Positions 14,801 through 28,087 of a stretch of DNA of 64,000 nucleotides are shown here, piece by piece. The translations under genes and the position numbers were made by a program. Under the pieces are notes generated by a model. That model ran no database searches, was not told the origin of the DNA, and worked only from the letters and a program-made list of their open reading frames with translations. Position 1 is the stretch's first letter; each line of letters opens with the position of its first letter. Source of the stretch: Lytechinus pictus (Eukaryota); contig NC_087251.1 in NCBI RefSeq assembly GCF_037042905.1, positions 13,144,001-13,208,000 on the forward strand. The letters are read 5' to 3'.

Positions 14801-17800
14801 GTTCACTATGGATACATGTAGCTTTGGAGCTGCTGAAACAGATAATTTTCAAGGTTCAAGACCCCTCACTTTGCTTTCATAGTGATTTCCTTGAAACAAT
14901 CATATGCTATGAATGTTAATTAAACCTCAGTTTTAAAGAAACAAAGCATTTCAACCTGGCTATCTCGGTGACACCCGTGTAATTCATGTATTTGCTCAGT
15001 GAAAAGCTACATGTATTGGTCCGTTCTGAGATTTCAGTACTGGTTTGTTATAAATTTGAATGGATTACTTATGAGCTCTCTATAGAAAAAATTGATTGTG
15101 CATTTATTATCCAATATTTATCCTTTTTCCTTCATAGCAGGTACATTATAGTTCTCCAGGTAATAATTATTTTAATAGGGATTTGTTGCAATGAATCGAA
15201 TGGTAAAGTATGTAGAAAGTTTCTCCTTCTCTTTCTCTTTCCTATAAAAGGTGAACCTTTATTTTGATTATTTTTTATATATTTATTTTCAGGCTGAAGA
15301 AGAGAAGCAAGCCCAGATTGATCATGAGAATCGCATCTTATTAGCAAAGCTGACAAACATCATCAGATCTGGTGGCCAAATTGATAACTGGAATTTTGAA
15401 TATGAAGCCCAACCCAAAACGTGAGTTTTTCATATTAAAGATTGATAATGATAATTGAAGTTGATAAAAATCAACAGGATGAAGTTATTATCATTTGAAG
15501 CAGCATATTCTATATTTTTGTATTAATAAATATGCCCCTTTATACATTTTGTACATTTTTTGTGACTTAAGACTAGTGCTTGATTTATACATGTATATTT
15601 TTAAGCAAAATATTCATGTTCTGTAAAATTAAATTTTAGGACAAAATGACTATGAAAGAATTGATATATGATGAGAGAAAGAAATGATTATCAATATCAT
15701 ATGAAGAATATAGATATGATTTGCTACAATTTTAGAACAGTTACATAAAGTTATGTATATTAGCATTTATTATTTATTTTAGTATTTTTTGTTTGTTTAC
15801 AGGTTACATGCTCCATATAAGAACAGAGAACAGGAGAGAATAGATCGAGAAAATGCTTTATTACTTAAACGTCTCAATAATGTCAAACCTCAAGTTAATT
15901 TTGACAAGATGGTGAGTTTTAATATTAGGTTTCAAGATTTCAGAATATATTTCATTTCCAACAAATACTATAAATAACACGCTTTGAATTAAACCACAAT
16001 CAATAATACTTTTGTTAACTAGTCAGTTGTAAAATGAGCAATAGTAATGCAATTGTTTGTCTGTTTGTGCTGTTCTATTGTGGACAGTATATTTTTTTAA
16101 ATTCAATTGAAGTTATAATGAAATTCTAATGTTCATAAATGGGAAACAATTTTTCTGTGCACATGTGTGAAATTAACAGTGTTTATTAAACCATGAGATT
16201 ATGCAGTCATAGTTTTGATGATATGGTAGGTAGTGCTTCCAACCTTTATATTTTGAGCAATGAGACGTCACAGTTGAGATTTAAGTCACAACTCAATAAA
16301 TTTCCAGTTTTCCTTTTTTACCTAGAGGTATTAATGTAGCAAATAAGCCCATGAACCAGCATCATTTTGGGGGGTCATTTTTGGCTTATATTGGTACCAA
16401 AGTCACTATTTGCAGAGTTTGGTGAAAATGGCATGGATTTCATTTTAACTCTGGAATATCCTTAACTGGCTGTCAATTGCAAATAAATTAATATCCCAAC
16501 ACCTGTCATAAGTCTTGCAATTATTTGCAACTTTGCTATTGATGACTTGTTCCCTTCTTGCAACAAGAAAAAAAAATTATTAAGGAAATTAAATTGATCT
16601 ATGAATTGGGAAATTTGTAATTGATATTTACAATTGATTGTTAATAGTTTCCTTGCCACACCCCTGTAAACTAGTACCATGAGAAAAAAAAATCATACCA
16701 ACGAAATGATTTGCTTGTTGCTTATCAAGTTTGAAGTTTGATTAGTGAAAGTGTCAATTTTAGAAATGTACAATTCTCCAGTCTGATCTTCAAGTTGGAT
16801 GTACATGTAGTGGCATCCGCCTGTAATTTGAGCTATATATGGGGAAGTCAAATTGATGCAGGTGTTCAAGGTTTAAGCCCTGATCGCATCTCACAAATGG
16901 TGACATTACAAGTCTTTCCAATGTGAATCGGATTAATATACATTTGTTAAATCTCCATGTTCTTCTCATCCACCCCTATCACTGTCAGGAGGACGACTAC
17001 CTCATGCATAACTACTTCCTAGCTCAGAAGGCCCAGGCCACAAAGAACTATGAGGTGGACCTCAGAGGCGTTGATGAACCTGATAAATTTGTCTTCTATG
17101 CTAAGGACAGGCATGCCAACAAAGAGGTGAGCTTAATTATCATTTAATTATCAAGGCATGAAGGAATATAATAAAACAATTTTTTGCAAAGCCAGTAGAG
17201 GGTCAGCTTGCAACAGTGGTCCCCCTGGGTGACAAAGAGTATTCTTCTTTTCTTATCTAATCCATGTTGCAATGTACCATAAAATGGAGTAGTACATGTA
17301 AATATTATTCTGTGATTATTTACATTTTGGTCTTAGCTTTTTACCTGTAATATGATGATTTACTGTTGTTGACAAAACAAAATAAAGATTCATACGTTCA
17401 TCTATCCATCCATCCATTCATTCATTATTAGTGCAGGTGTGATATCTGTAAATCAATATTTAAAAGCTCACTATTTAATAGTTGGAACGTGATATTGATT
17501 ATTTATTTTGTATGTTTCAGAAAACTTTTGTTGATGGTGAAATTGAAGAGACGATAGAGGAGCCAGTGGAAGGAGAAGTCAGAGAATTAACATCAGCCAA
17601 AGTGGTAAGTCACAAGATTTGAATGACAGTTCAATCAATACCAAGGTTAAATCAATATGTGCTGCATTCTTAGAAACAATAGACAATGCAGAAAAATTTT
17701 CAGCTTATCTTCAGAAATACTCTACAATGAATCATATTTACAGCAGTTTAATGGGTCACTCTATCCAAACTTTCTTATATAGCTTTCTGTTTAATTATTG

Positions 17801-18167
17801 TAAATGTGATACAAGAATTGATTTGTAATTGTCGTCTTTGTTTCTTTCTTTGAATTTATGTTGTTAATATCAGAACCTGTGATAATCCATAGAATAATAA
17901 GGTAAATGATGGAAAAAAATAATTGCTAAATGTATGGATATAGAGATAATTGAATGAACGATATGAATGATGGATGAATGAATTAATTCACTACACATTA
18001 ATGCTCCCCTCCTCCCTCTACACTTAGTTTGTTTAATTTATTATGATACTTTGACCCTTGACTTTGAAATTTCAATTGCCTCTGCTGGCTCCCCCATATT
18101 CTCTGTAATGTTTGATAAATATCGTTGAATGTAGACTACAATTTTTTTTACTGAGAATATAAAATAA

Positions 18168-18198
<31 letters not shown>

Positions 18199-21100
18199 AA
18201 ATAGATATCATATGAATAATAATAAATGAATGAAATACATATTTTTCATTTAGGGTGTTTCAAAGAGATTAGCAACAAGACAGCAACTCAAGAGAAGATC
18301 CACAAAACTTCCTTTGATTGGACCAGAGAGGAAAAAAGCTGAGGAGAAGAAAAAGGTGAGATATTGCTTTTAAGATGTTAATATAATATTTTCAATTCCA
18401 CAAAAACTTGTCATCATTGAATTAACAATGAATTGACAATAATTAATTTGCAGAGCTTTTTTAACAATAGGTGTATAAGAACAACTTCTGTACAACAATT
18501 TATAATATATTGATGTCATTACATTTTGTTTGCAAGTCTGAACAAAATTATTATTATAAATACACTGAAGAAACTTAATGGAGCAGAGAGTAAATTACCA
18601 TTGGTTTCAATAGATAAAGAAAATTAAGAATAGCATGTTGATATTGAAAGTGAATTGCCTTTTGTTGCCCTTATCCATATATTTATTCCTCCTGTGAGTG
18701 GTACTTACACTCAGAATTTAATCCATTTACATGGCATTGCTGCAGTTTTAAAACCTATAAATGCCACTTGGTTATATTGTCTGTTCGTTCTGAGAGCTCC
18801 AAGGGAAATATGGTGTATATTTATTGGGAAGGTCGTTTGTCTTTTATCGGCCACATACAATTTAATATGTGTACTTTACATTTTATTACCAGTGTTTCTT
18901 GATCCTTTTATTTTTGTAGAAAGACTCGGTGGTGAAGATTGCAACATATAACCAAAAGGAGGAAGCTGCCAAACTCTTCAAAGCAACCAAGGGAATGGGT
19001 AAGAATATCAACCAAGTAACAGATATTCTGACGAAATATGGACTTGGATGATAAGAATAATAATCATATTATCATTAATGAATAGATTGTTAGCTTACTG
19101 TGTAGTAACTAGTATTTAAGTAATAAACTTTGGTAACTCCAGACTTAATAACAAGAAATCAAGCACTGAGTGTCTTTCTTGGAAGTGTGATTTTGAAGGA
19201 ATGTATTGATTATTTGTTCTTTTCACTTTTGTAATTGTTTGAAAAAGAACATATTAAATCTCTGTAAATTTATTTTGATATCTTAGAGTTAAGAAGAAAT
19301 TTTAAAAGTTTCAACGAAGCCTTATGTTTCCGCAGGGGTGATGGGAGTGTGCTTCAGTCTATTTCTGCAATTATGATTGATAGATAAGACAATATTCTTT
19401 TGTCTGTATTCTGCAGGTAATCCGGAACAGATCTTGGTTCAGACATTAGCCAAACGTCAGTATCAACAGCGACAAGACACCATGAAGAAGTTTGAAGAAA
19501 ATTACGGTCTGGTAAGTGGAGTTTGTACGTGTTCACACAGCTCTATTTCCCTCTCTTTATTCTTATCCCCATGATAGTAGTATGAATGATGATGGTGAAA
19601 GTGATGATGTTGGTAATGATGGTGGATGTGATATATATGGTGATTGTCATGGTGATGGTAATATAGTGGTAATGAAAGTGATGATAATGGTAATAATGCT
19701 GGTTGTGGTTAGGGGTGGTTCTATAATTTACCAGAAGGTGGTACTCATTGAAAAACAAAGATAAAATAACAACAATGAAATATAAAGATTATCCTTTTTT
19801 ATAGGGAACACTTTCCCTTAACAAAATTGACAAGCAAAATATGGAAAGAAAAAAAGTCATAAAAAGTGGGCTTGTGCCCCCTCCCATGGATGGTTTCTGA
19901 AGAATATATGTTTTGAGATTTGAGGTTATTCTGGAATTTGTTATTCTATATTCCTGCATATGCAAGTGGAAAGTGTTGTGAAATTGAGAAGTATGTATAC
20001 GGTACTTATCAATCGCTTCCGAATTTAAAATGCTTGAGGCTGTTCACCATCATTGAAATAAGTGATGTTTTTTATGTTTGCAGACCTTGGAGGAAGAGTT
20101 GAAGAATAACCTGAATGCAGAGTATGATGATATCGTTGAAGCCCTCCTAATGACCAGAGAAGAATTGGATGCCATGACGATACGAAGAGCTCTCAAGGTA
20201 CATTGAATAAAAAATGATTTGTCACATTGAAAGATGATTTTCTAGAAAGCAGAATACATTCACATCTTTAACGACTTATTGTATAAAAGGACTACATGTC
20301 CATAAAGACCAGTTTGTTTCCCTCGATTAGTATTAAAACATGTCTTATAGGAGCCTCTTCATAGCAACCATTCTCTTAAAATTCATTATATTAATGTCTT
20401 GATCCCTTGAGCAGTCTTTACATGCAAGTTTTACTGAGAAAAATTGTGTTTATCTTTATATATGAAATTTTCATATGAAAACAATTTAGTTTACATGATA
20501 TTATGCAATTTCTAATAAAATATTAGAAAGTGTGTCCTGTGATAGGAACTCTCAAGATTTAGGTCAAAACATTTGTTCAATGAAATCAAATTTGAAATTA
20601 CCTCCTGTTTCTATTTTGTTCAACAGGGTGATGATTCATTGGTCGAACCTATTATTGAGGTACTCTGCACAAGAAGTAATTCTGTAAGTAGATTATGATG
20701 GTGGGGATGACAATGATGATAATGACAATGATGATTATGATAATGATGCTGGTAATGATGGTATTGACAATGATGATGATGAAAATTATTATTATGATGA
20801 TGATGGTGGTGGTGAGTTAGCATTAGTGATAGTAATGATGCTGCTGCTGCTGATGATATTACCAATTGTCATCATGATGATTATGATAGCCATGTTGTCT
20901 GTGAGGATGAAAATAATAATGGTTGCAATGGTGGTAGCGATCTAGACTATTTTAGTGAAGGTTGTTTTAGGAACCAGTCATTTCAGTAGATATTAATCCC
21001 ACCGCTGCCACCAAATCATGATTATGTAATGACAATTCGAAATTTCATTCTTAATAGTCACTCTTTATCAACACATTTTAAGATTTCAACACTGTGCCAA

Positions 21101-24100
21101 CAAGAGTCATTGTATAATGATTATGATAGCTGGATTTATTTAGCACTCTTGGCGTGAGGATACAAAGTGCTGCTATTATTACCACAGCTTTAGCGTGAGC
21201 TACCATCACCGGTGCTCAGTGCATTCAAGGAAATAATCCTGCCAGGTACCATTTCACCTCACCTAGGTGACACTGATAGGTGGCGCTACAACACCTACAT
21301 TTCTTAAAATGTTTATTTTTTTTACATGTAGTTGAAGTGGCAGTTTTCCATGTTCAATATTTTGACAATGTTTGAGAATTAATGGTAATTATGATAATTT
21401 AAATGATATTGGTATGGTGGTTTTCTATTTATGCAGGCTATTGGTTTAATTAGAGAAGCGTACAAGAAGTTGTATGGTGTCACCTTAGAAGATGACATTA
21501 CAGCAGAAATAAAAGGCAAACTCAAGAACTTATTTTTGGTTCTTTCAAAGGTAAGTAAAACCCAAAATTGAATTGTACCCAAGAAATAATTGAACAAAAA
21601 TCAAAAGAGATACTGACAGGACTATTGTAATACCAGTTCATCATGATCTATGCAAATGATCTATAAGAATCATAATTAAATAAATGAGAAATTTATATAC
21701 TCAGTAGTCATGATAATTAACTTGACATGATAAATATGACTTTGTGAAGCATACATCAAAGTAAATGGAAAATATCATTGGTTGGTAGACATTTTTTCTA
21801 TGTACATATGAATATGAAAATATTTATGAATTTACATAGTTAATCAGTTCTTAAGAAAATTAGATTATGATTTTATTTTCATGAAACTCCAGCTGTAAAT
21901 ATTGCCCTGATTTATATATTAGAACATGTTTTTCCTATTTTTCTTCTTGGTGTAATTTTATTACATGTTTATGCAATTGAATGCCTTAATAGTATTCATT
22001 TTAACCATCCTCCCATAGGGTGTTAGAGTAGAGAATGTTGATGTGGACGAGGAGGCTGCTGTACGAGACGCTGAGGCGCTCCGGGATGCGGGAGATGAAA
22101 GATGGACACCCAGGAGTGAGAAGATGTCTGAACTTCTCCAATCATCCAGTCTACTTCATTTTAGGGAGGTTCTCTTGCAGTATAATAAAGTAAGTGAATA
22201 GTCCTTGCACTGATTTAATAATGATTCTTCTTCATGGAGTTTACAGAGCTTGGTTGATATTCCGAAAATCAGATTGTCTTTTACCTGAATATATATTGTT
22301 GAAATTATTTTTATATTGACAGATTTGAAAGCTTACTTTTGATTTATTGAAGTGATTAAAATTGCTCCCACAGACCAGCATGCAAGTCAAAGTTAAACAA
22401 TGTTAAGTTAATAGTTTACCTCATTTCTGATCACTATGATGATTAAGATAACAGAAAGTCATTTTCAGAATACCAGCCCTGGTATTCAATGAATTTATTG
22501 GTACATCGATGTGTGTTTCTTCAGAACCTCCAATAAAATGAAAGTTAATAGAATTAATCAGTTTGTTAGATATGTAGTTCATTATAATAATAATAATAAT
22601 ATAGAGTATTTCTAAAGCGCCAAATCCACATTGATTATGTGCTCAAGGCGCTGAAATATACTTGGTATATCATTATTACCCCGGCTGTAGCTGAGCGGCC
22701 ATATAGGCGCTAAAGCATTCAAGGAATAAATTATGGGATGGCTGTATTTACCTTTTTTACTCAGATATTTTTTTTAATGAATTAGCAAGTAATTAAAGTA
22801 TAATTTCCTGTAAAATGGCAAAATGTGTCATTTACATATTAGCATAGTTATTAACCAGTCATATTTCTCCCAGCATGGTCAGTATTTTCTGTAAAATTTG
22901 CTTGAAGAAGAAATAGGTACATCATGCAAAGACATTGGAAACTCATTTTCTGTTTATATGGCAGTTGTTTCGTTTTGTCATAGCAAGTATTTATTGCTCT
23001 TTCTCTCTCAGTCCACTTCATTGTATTTAGTGTATCCTGCTCACTCATTCAGATTTTTCCCAGATACTCACCTCTTCCACTTACCTTTTCAATGTCAGAC
23101 TTAAAAAAAATCCTTTAATGTTTGATTCTATAGAACCTCTTTTTAGACTAAGAAATATTCTTACATATTTCAAACTCAAATGACCACTAAATTTGTGTAT
23201 CTGTGAGGTATTGTCATAATCATGAATGATTGTGTGTGTTTGTTTATCTGATAATTAAGTTAATTGATTGATTTTTTTTTTCAAATGACTGTGCTTGACT
23301 AATAAGTGATAGGCAACACACTGTTTCCTCCTCAGAGTTATAATAGCATGGTCTTCTAAATAGATGTTTTAGCATATCTATATTGATTATCAAACAAATA
23401 TGATTTCCCAAAAGAGTATAAAGTAAATCATTTCTACTTTTAATGGGCACATTAACCCTTACCAACTTGTGATTAATCCGCTCAGTTTTGAGGGAAACTG
23501 GTTGTTTCTTATATGAAGAAAATGTATTTGATCTAACATATACCCATTATTTTTGTTTTAAATCTACAGCTAACCAACTCAAATCTGGTAAAAGAATTAG
23601 AAAAGTCACTCTTTGGAGATTTTAAAGATGCAATGCTCTGTCTAGGTAAGTTTCTGAGAACCTATTCACAAATGATTTGGGTTTAGCTAGCTTTATAAAA
23701 AATCATTCCCACATTTTTAGCTAATCATTTATCCTCTGCAAATCATGTTTCATTAGTTCTCGTTAGCAGTATTAACATATTCATGTAGAATTGATTAGGC
23801 TTATTTAGAAAGTATTGAAAAGTTGAAAGATACATGTGTGGTAGTGAAAAGATTAAGGATAGATCACTTTCCATATGCTAAAATGCTTGGCTCATCCTTG
23901 ACTTAAGGAGAATTATACACCAGGCCCATCTTGTACAAAGATATATTGGATACCGTACATTTATTCAGGTATGAGCATTGTTTAGATAAATTTGCCAAAG
24001 AAGATGACACATGCTATGTTTATGTAATGTGTCAATATTTCAAATAAGATATATATATCATATGACCTTTTTTGTCACAGTGAAATGTATGAATAGCAAT

Positions 24101-26330
24101 ACTCAATTCCTTGCTGAACGTATTCATGCATCACTGACTGGAGAAGCAGATGACATGACACTCATTAGAATCATCATCACCCGATCAGAGGTAGGCTTGC
24201 ATCATATATGATTTGCTATATTGTCATTTAATGACTATAGTATTACATGTAACAGCAATCGAAATTACCCTGAATTGCAATTGATCATGAACTACAAGAG
24301 TGCGAATATTTCCATTGACCAAACTGAAAATGAGACAAAAAAGCACCAGCCTGTAGAAAAGAGAAGAGCATGCCTACTTCCCTTTGTCTCTTTCTCTCAC
24401 TCTCATGTTATCTTTTTATATGACTTCCATGTTGACTCATCTTGGGGTCAAAATGTTGCCCTGTGATTATATAATTGTACACCATAATTCAGAATATAAT
24501 ACCCCAGATGGAATATTTTCCCCATGTGTTGATTAATTCCCTTGTGCTATTTTATAGCTTGATTTTCAGTACATCAGGTGGACACGGATTTAAAGAATGC
24601 TTTATAAACAGACCCCGATGGATGCAATTTATGGTGTTAATGGCAGCCCATAGTTAGAGAAAATGATACTGATTTTTATAAATTTCTTTTCATTGTGCAG
24701 CTTGACCTTCCATACATCAGGCGGAGTTACAAGAAGCTATATCAGCAGACCCTGATGGAAGCAATTGAACAGAAGTGCAAAGCCTCCTTCAAGATGGCCC
24801 TGGTCCAGATGGTCCAGGTCCATGGAGCATTCCAAAAACAAGACCAAGTAAGCTCTATTCTCTCTACCAGTATAAGAAGTGATTTTCGACATATATATGC
24901 CCAAACTCCATGGTATATTTTAACACCTAAAAGTGTGGGTCTCTCATAACACTGACTGGTGTTCTTATAAACACTTTTGACCTGATGCAGTATGTGGCCT
25001 CATTTATTTCAAGAAAAAACAATATTTACTAGACTTCATTAATTTAAATGTCCTTTTTTTTTAATTAAAGATAACAAGTGTTGTAACCCCAGCAATGCTA
25101 CATTACTTTATTCTTATTCTGTTTAATGCAGAAATGTGATTATAGAACTTGATCCAAAGCTATTTGAAATTTAAATCATTTTAGACTAAAGAAGAGGAGC
25201 CAGGAGGATCTGACTCACAAGAAGCTGAAAAGCAGGCTGGTGGACCTCCTAAACCTTCCCAGCAGAGGCCCTTGAAGCACCCTACACCTAACACCGGTGC
25301 CAAGGTACCTGCCAGTAACCCCCTGGTGAAGAGTACCCTAAAGAGCAATGACGCCAGAAAGGGTACTCCAGGATCTCCAAACAGATCAGCAGGAGCAAAG
25401 TCTAAACAGGTAATTAATTAGTCTATTAAAAAGGTATTTTTTCTAAACCTGTAGTGAATAAAACTTTTTACTTTCCTGCAAATAGACAGGTGGATGTGAA
25501 AAAATACTAATTAATCTTCTTTCATGAAAATATCAAATTGTAATTCTATTATTCATACTCCTTAAATACCATTCCATAATAATTATTGTGAAGGTTACTA
25601 CATGATTGGTATATGAAAGCTTTTTATTTCATTTAAATTGATGATTTTCTGTATCAGATTATTACAAAAATTAACCTTGTGAGCTTAATATTGAAGCTGT
25701 CTAGTTCCATCTCTTTTAAATCATAATCATGATAAACATAAAATATTCCCTCTTTTTCTTTAGACTACCAACTCTCCTGGAAATTCTGGAAAGTCCAGAC
25801 AAGCTCCTGGAACCAAGACTGGAGTAGGGGCGTCGGCCATCAGCAGGAAAACCACCACACCCCCACGAAAGGCGACTCCACCCAAACCAGCCCAACCCTC
25901 AAAAGAAACCTCAAAAGCACAACCACCGACCAAGAAGAAGGTGGAGGAGAAATCAACTACTGAAAAGGAAGATCAAGCCAAGATGGATGAAGAGAAGGAA
26001 GAGAAGAAGATGGAGGAAAAGAAAATGGAGAAGGATAAGGAGGCCCAAGGAGAGGCATCTGCAGAGAAAGAGACTCCTGAGAATGAAGAGGGTGAGAAGG
26101 ATGAAGATGAAAGTGATAACAAAGATGGGATGGAGAAAGAGGAAAAAACGGAGGAGAAGTCCGAAGCAGAGATGAAGTCTCTGAGTGGTACAGAACCAAC
26201 ATCGGAGGACATGTCAGCAGAGAGTGAAGTGAAAGAAGAGGTGAAGGAGGAAGAAGGTAAAGTGGAAGAATATGGAAAGGAGATTGAGATGAAACCCAAC
26301 GAGGATCAAGAGCAAGGAACTTTATCATGA
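8852..26330 (+). CDS. CFAP97/Hemingway(KIAA1430)-domain + annexin fusion protein, ~829 aa, 18 coding exons
   Basis: Exons: 8852-8944, 14612-14692, 15293-15420, 15803-15911, 16989-17126, 17521-17604, 18254-18355, 18920-18998, 19417-19511, 20084-20197, 20627-20683, 21437-21550, 22019-22189, 23570-23645, 24081-24190, 24701-24847, 25185-25409, 25764-26330. All are GT-AG with compatible phases, giving a 2490-nt ORF. The N-terminus (NNVLQKKWNQRTYQMHVAK..IDATSPKVFPHLQVNMKKLQAEEEKQAQIDHENRILLAKLTNIIRSGGQIDNWN..EQERIDRENALLLKRL) matches CFAP97D-type proteins. Exons 8-16 encode four annexin repeats (EAAKLFKATKGMG; IIEVLCTRSN; DAEALRDAG; FLAERIH..DDMTLIRIIITRSELDL). Confidence 0.85.
12421..13004. mobile_element. 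Degenerate non-autonomous DNA transposon (TAAAGG-type termini), related to the 62244-62849 element
   Basis: Starts TAAAGGGGTACTCC and ends in an imperfect inverted copy (GGTACTCCTA). Internal blocks (AAGTTATGACATTTT, AAACTGATAATG) are shared with 62244-62849. Confidence 0.55.
13344..13610 (+). mobile_element. tRNA-derived SINE
   Basis: A-box TGGCCCAGTGG, B-box GGTTCGAATCC (13397-13407), body ...CCCAGGTGAGGTAAATGGGTACCGG..., 3' GCGCCTTGAGCACC...TATTAT tail. Second copy at 31224-31496. Confidence 0.85.
20695..20885. repeat. (GAT/GGT)n low-complexity microsatellite in intron
   Basis: Imperfect trinucleotide run; similar runs at ~19570-19720 and ~45415-45605. Confidence 0.85.
21140..21270 (-). 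mobile_element. SINE 3' fragment, minus strand
   Basis: Reverse complement of the SINE body (GGTACCATTTCACCTCACCTAGG; TTCAAGGAAATAATCCTGCC). Another fragment at ~22590-22730. Confidence 0.65.
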
Positions 26331-28068
26331 TGAGCTGCATAAAGAATTGGAAATTATTTATTAAAAAAAACTATGGAAAGCCATCACAGCCATAATTCAC
26401 CATCTAGAATATATGTGTTGCTGAGTGACGTAACTTTCAGAGAGGTGTATTGCTCCTGAAATGACAAACTATGTAACTCAAAATTGAAATATTCAAGAAA
26501 GTTACAAAGCATTGATGCCATAACACCAGAAATAACGAGTTGTTTCTTTGGGGTGATGTTGTAGCTTCATTTTGTAAGATAGAGAGAGAGACCTTAGACA
26601 GTATATATCTTTTGGTGTTCAGTTGGTCATCTGTTTCTTCACAATAAATAAGTGATTTTGAGATAAGAGGTCTATTAACCCAAGCAATACTATGCCTTAT
26701 CAATTCAACCAATCAGCATGCTTTGGGTTTTTTTTTTTTTTTTTACAAAGTGCCATTACATCTGCCTTTGATTGACAAAATATTACCTATCTAGCCTTTC
26801 TTAGTTCGGATTGATATTTGAATATCATAATACAGTATAAAAACCTCAAACAATTGCTGATTCTTGGACAAGAATCTGTGTTCAGGTTAACAATATCCTT
26901 GTATGTTTAACCTAAATGATAGATATGATTATCCATATCCTCCTGTTTTGAGTAATTGTGTTGTAAAGATGTATACAATGCACAGATATTAATCCGTCAG
27001 ATATATATCTTACAAGTGATTCTAGTTATTATGTTGTGATTTTACTTATTCACTCAAAGAAAATATGTTTATATCTTTCTCTTACTCTTACTCTCTCTCT
27101 TTCCCTCCTTCATTCATTATGGGTAGTGCAAATAGATACCTTTCTGAATTTTGTTAGATGCATATATTTTTTAATTTTTCACATATTCATCTTGACCATC
27201 TCCATAGAGTTATGATGTTTATATATATTGCTTTCTGTTCTATGAATGCATATTTGTTGTTATTTTGTGCATTATGACAAATTAATTTTCTAAAGACAAT
27301 ATATCCATTATTGGATTTAGTAAAAAAATAACAGATCTTGAAAATAATAACAGAGGGATTCCAAAATTAATTTTCTTGTAGAGGCATGTCTCAATTTAAA
27401 AATAAAAATGCCTCGCCTGGATCCAAGCAGCAGCTTGTCATTGTTCAAAACTCACCTACACCCGACATCTGGATTTATTTTTAATACATGAAATTTAGAG
27501 TGTAGACTTTCAACCTGTCTTCATCATTGGATATCAATAAAAGAGATTTAAAGCCTTTAGGCCTATATATTCAGAATCTTTTTTTTTTATGTCACAAATA
27601 GATACATTTTAAAGATAGTATTTGATTTGGGATCTTGAATAATACAACTTGTAATCCGTATGTAATTCTTGATAAAGTTAAGCTTTATCTAGAAATTCTG
27701 TATGATTGTCATACAAGTCGTCAATATGATTCAAGTGTCCTTAACTCATGAAATACAAAGTATTTTTATGATCTGCCAGAAATGTGATTTTTATTTGTAA
27801 AAACTGTTGATATGGAGTATACACTGTCATGTATCACTATGTTAAACTGTGATGCAAATTTATATTTTGTACATGAAAATTTACACATGCACCAATTTGA
27901 AATTGATGATATATTTTTATTGCCTTATACACTCATCATGATCATGGCCATTTTTCAAATTATTTCAAATCAAATCTAATTTGATAATGTATGTTATGCT
28001 TTGATCACAATTTTGTAATGTTGTATCATACTACATGAACTTTGAATTTTAACTTATTGTACTTTGTA

Positions 28069-28087
28069 AATAAACAACATGAATAAA
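28069..28087 (+). terminator. Candidate polyadenylation signals of the CFAP97-annexin gene
   Basis: Two AATAAA (28069, 28082) at the end of a ~1.7-kb AT-rich UTR-like stretch. Other AATAAA occur earlier, so the assignment is uncertain. Confidence 0.35.

Noticed and set aside
26328-26333. TGA-TGA as selenocysteine or readthrough
   Set aside because: It ends a low-complexity tail and no SECIS was recognised; an ordinary tandem stop.
25957-26340. Minus-strand ORFs of 127 and 108 aa
   Set aside because: Antisense shadows of the Glu/Lys-rich last exon.
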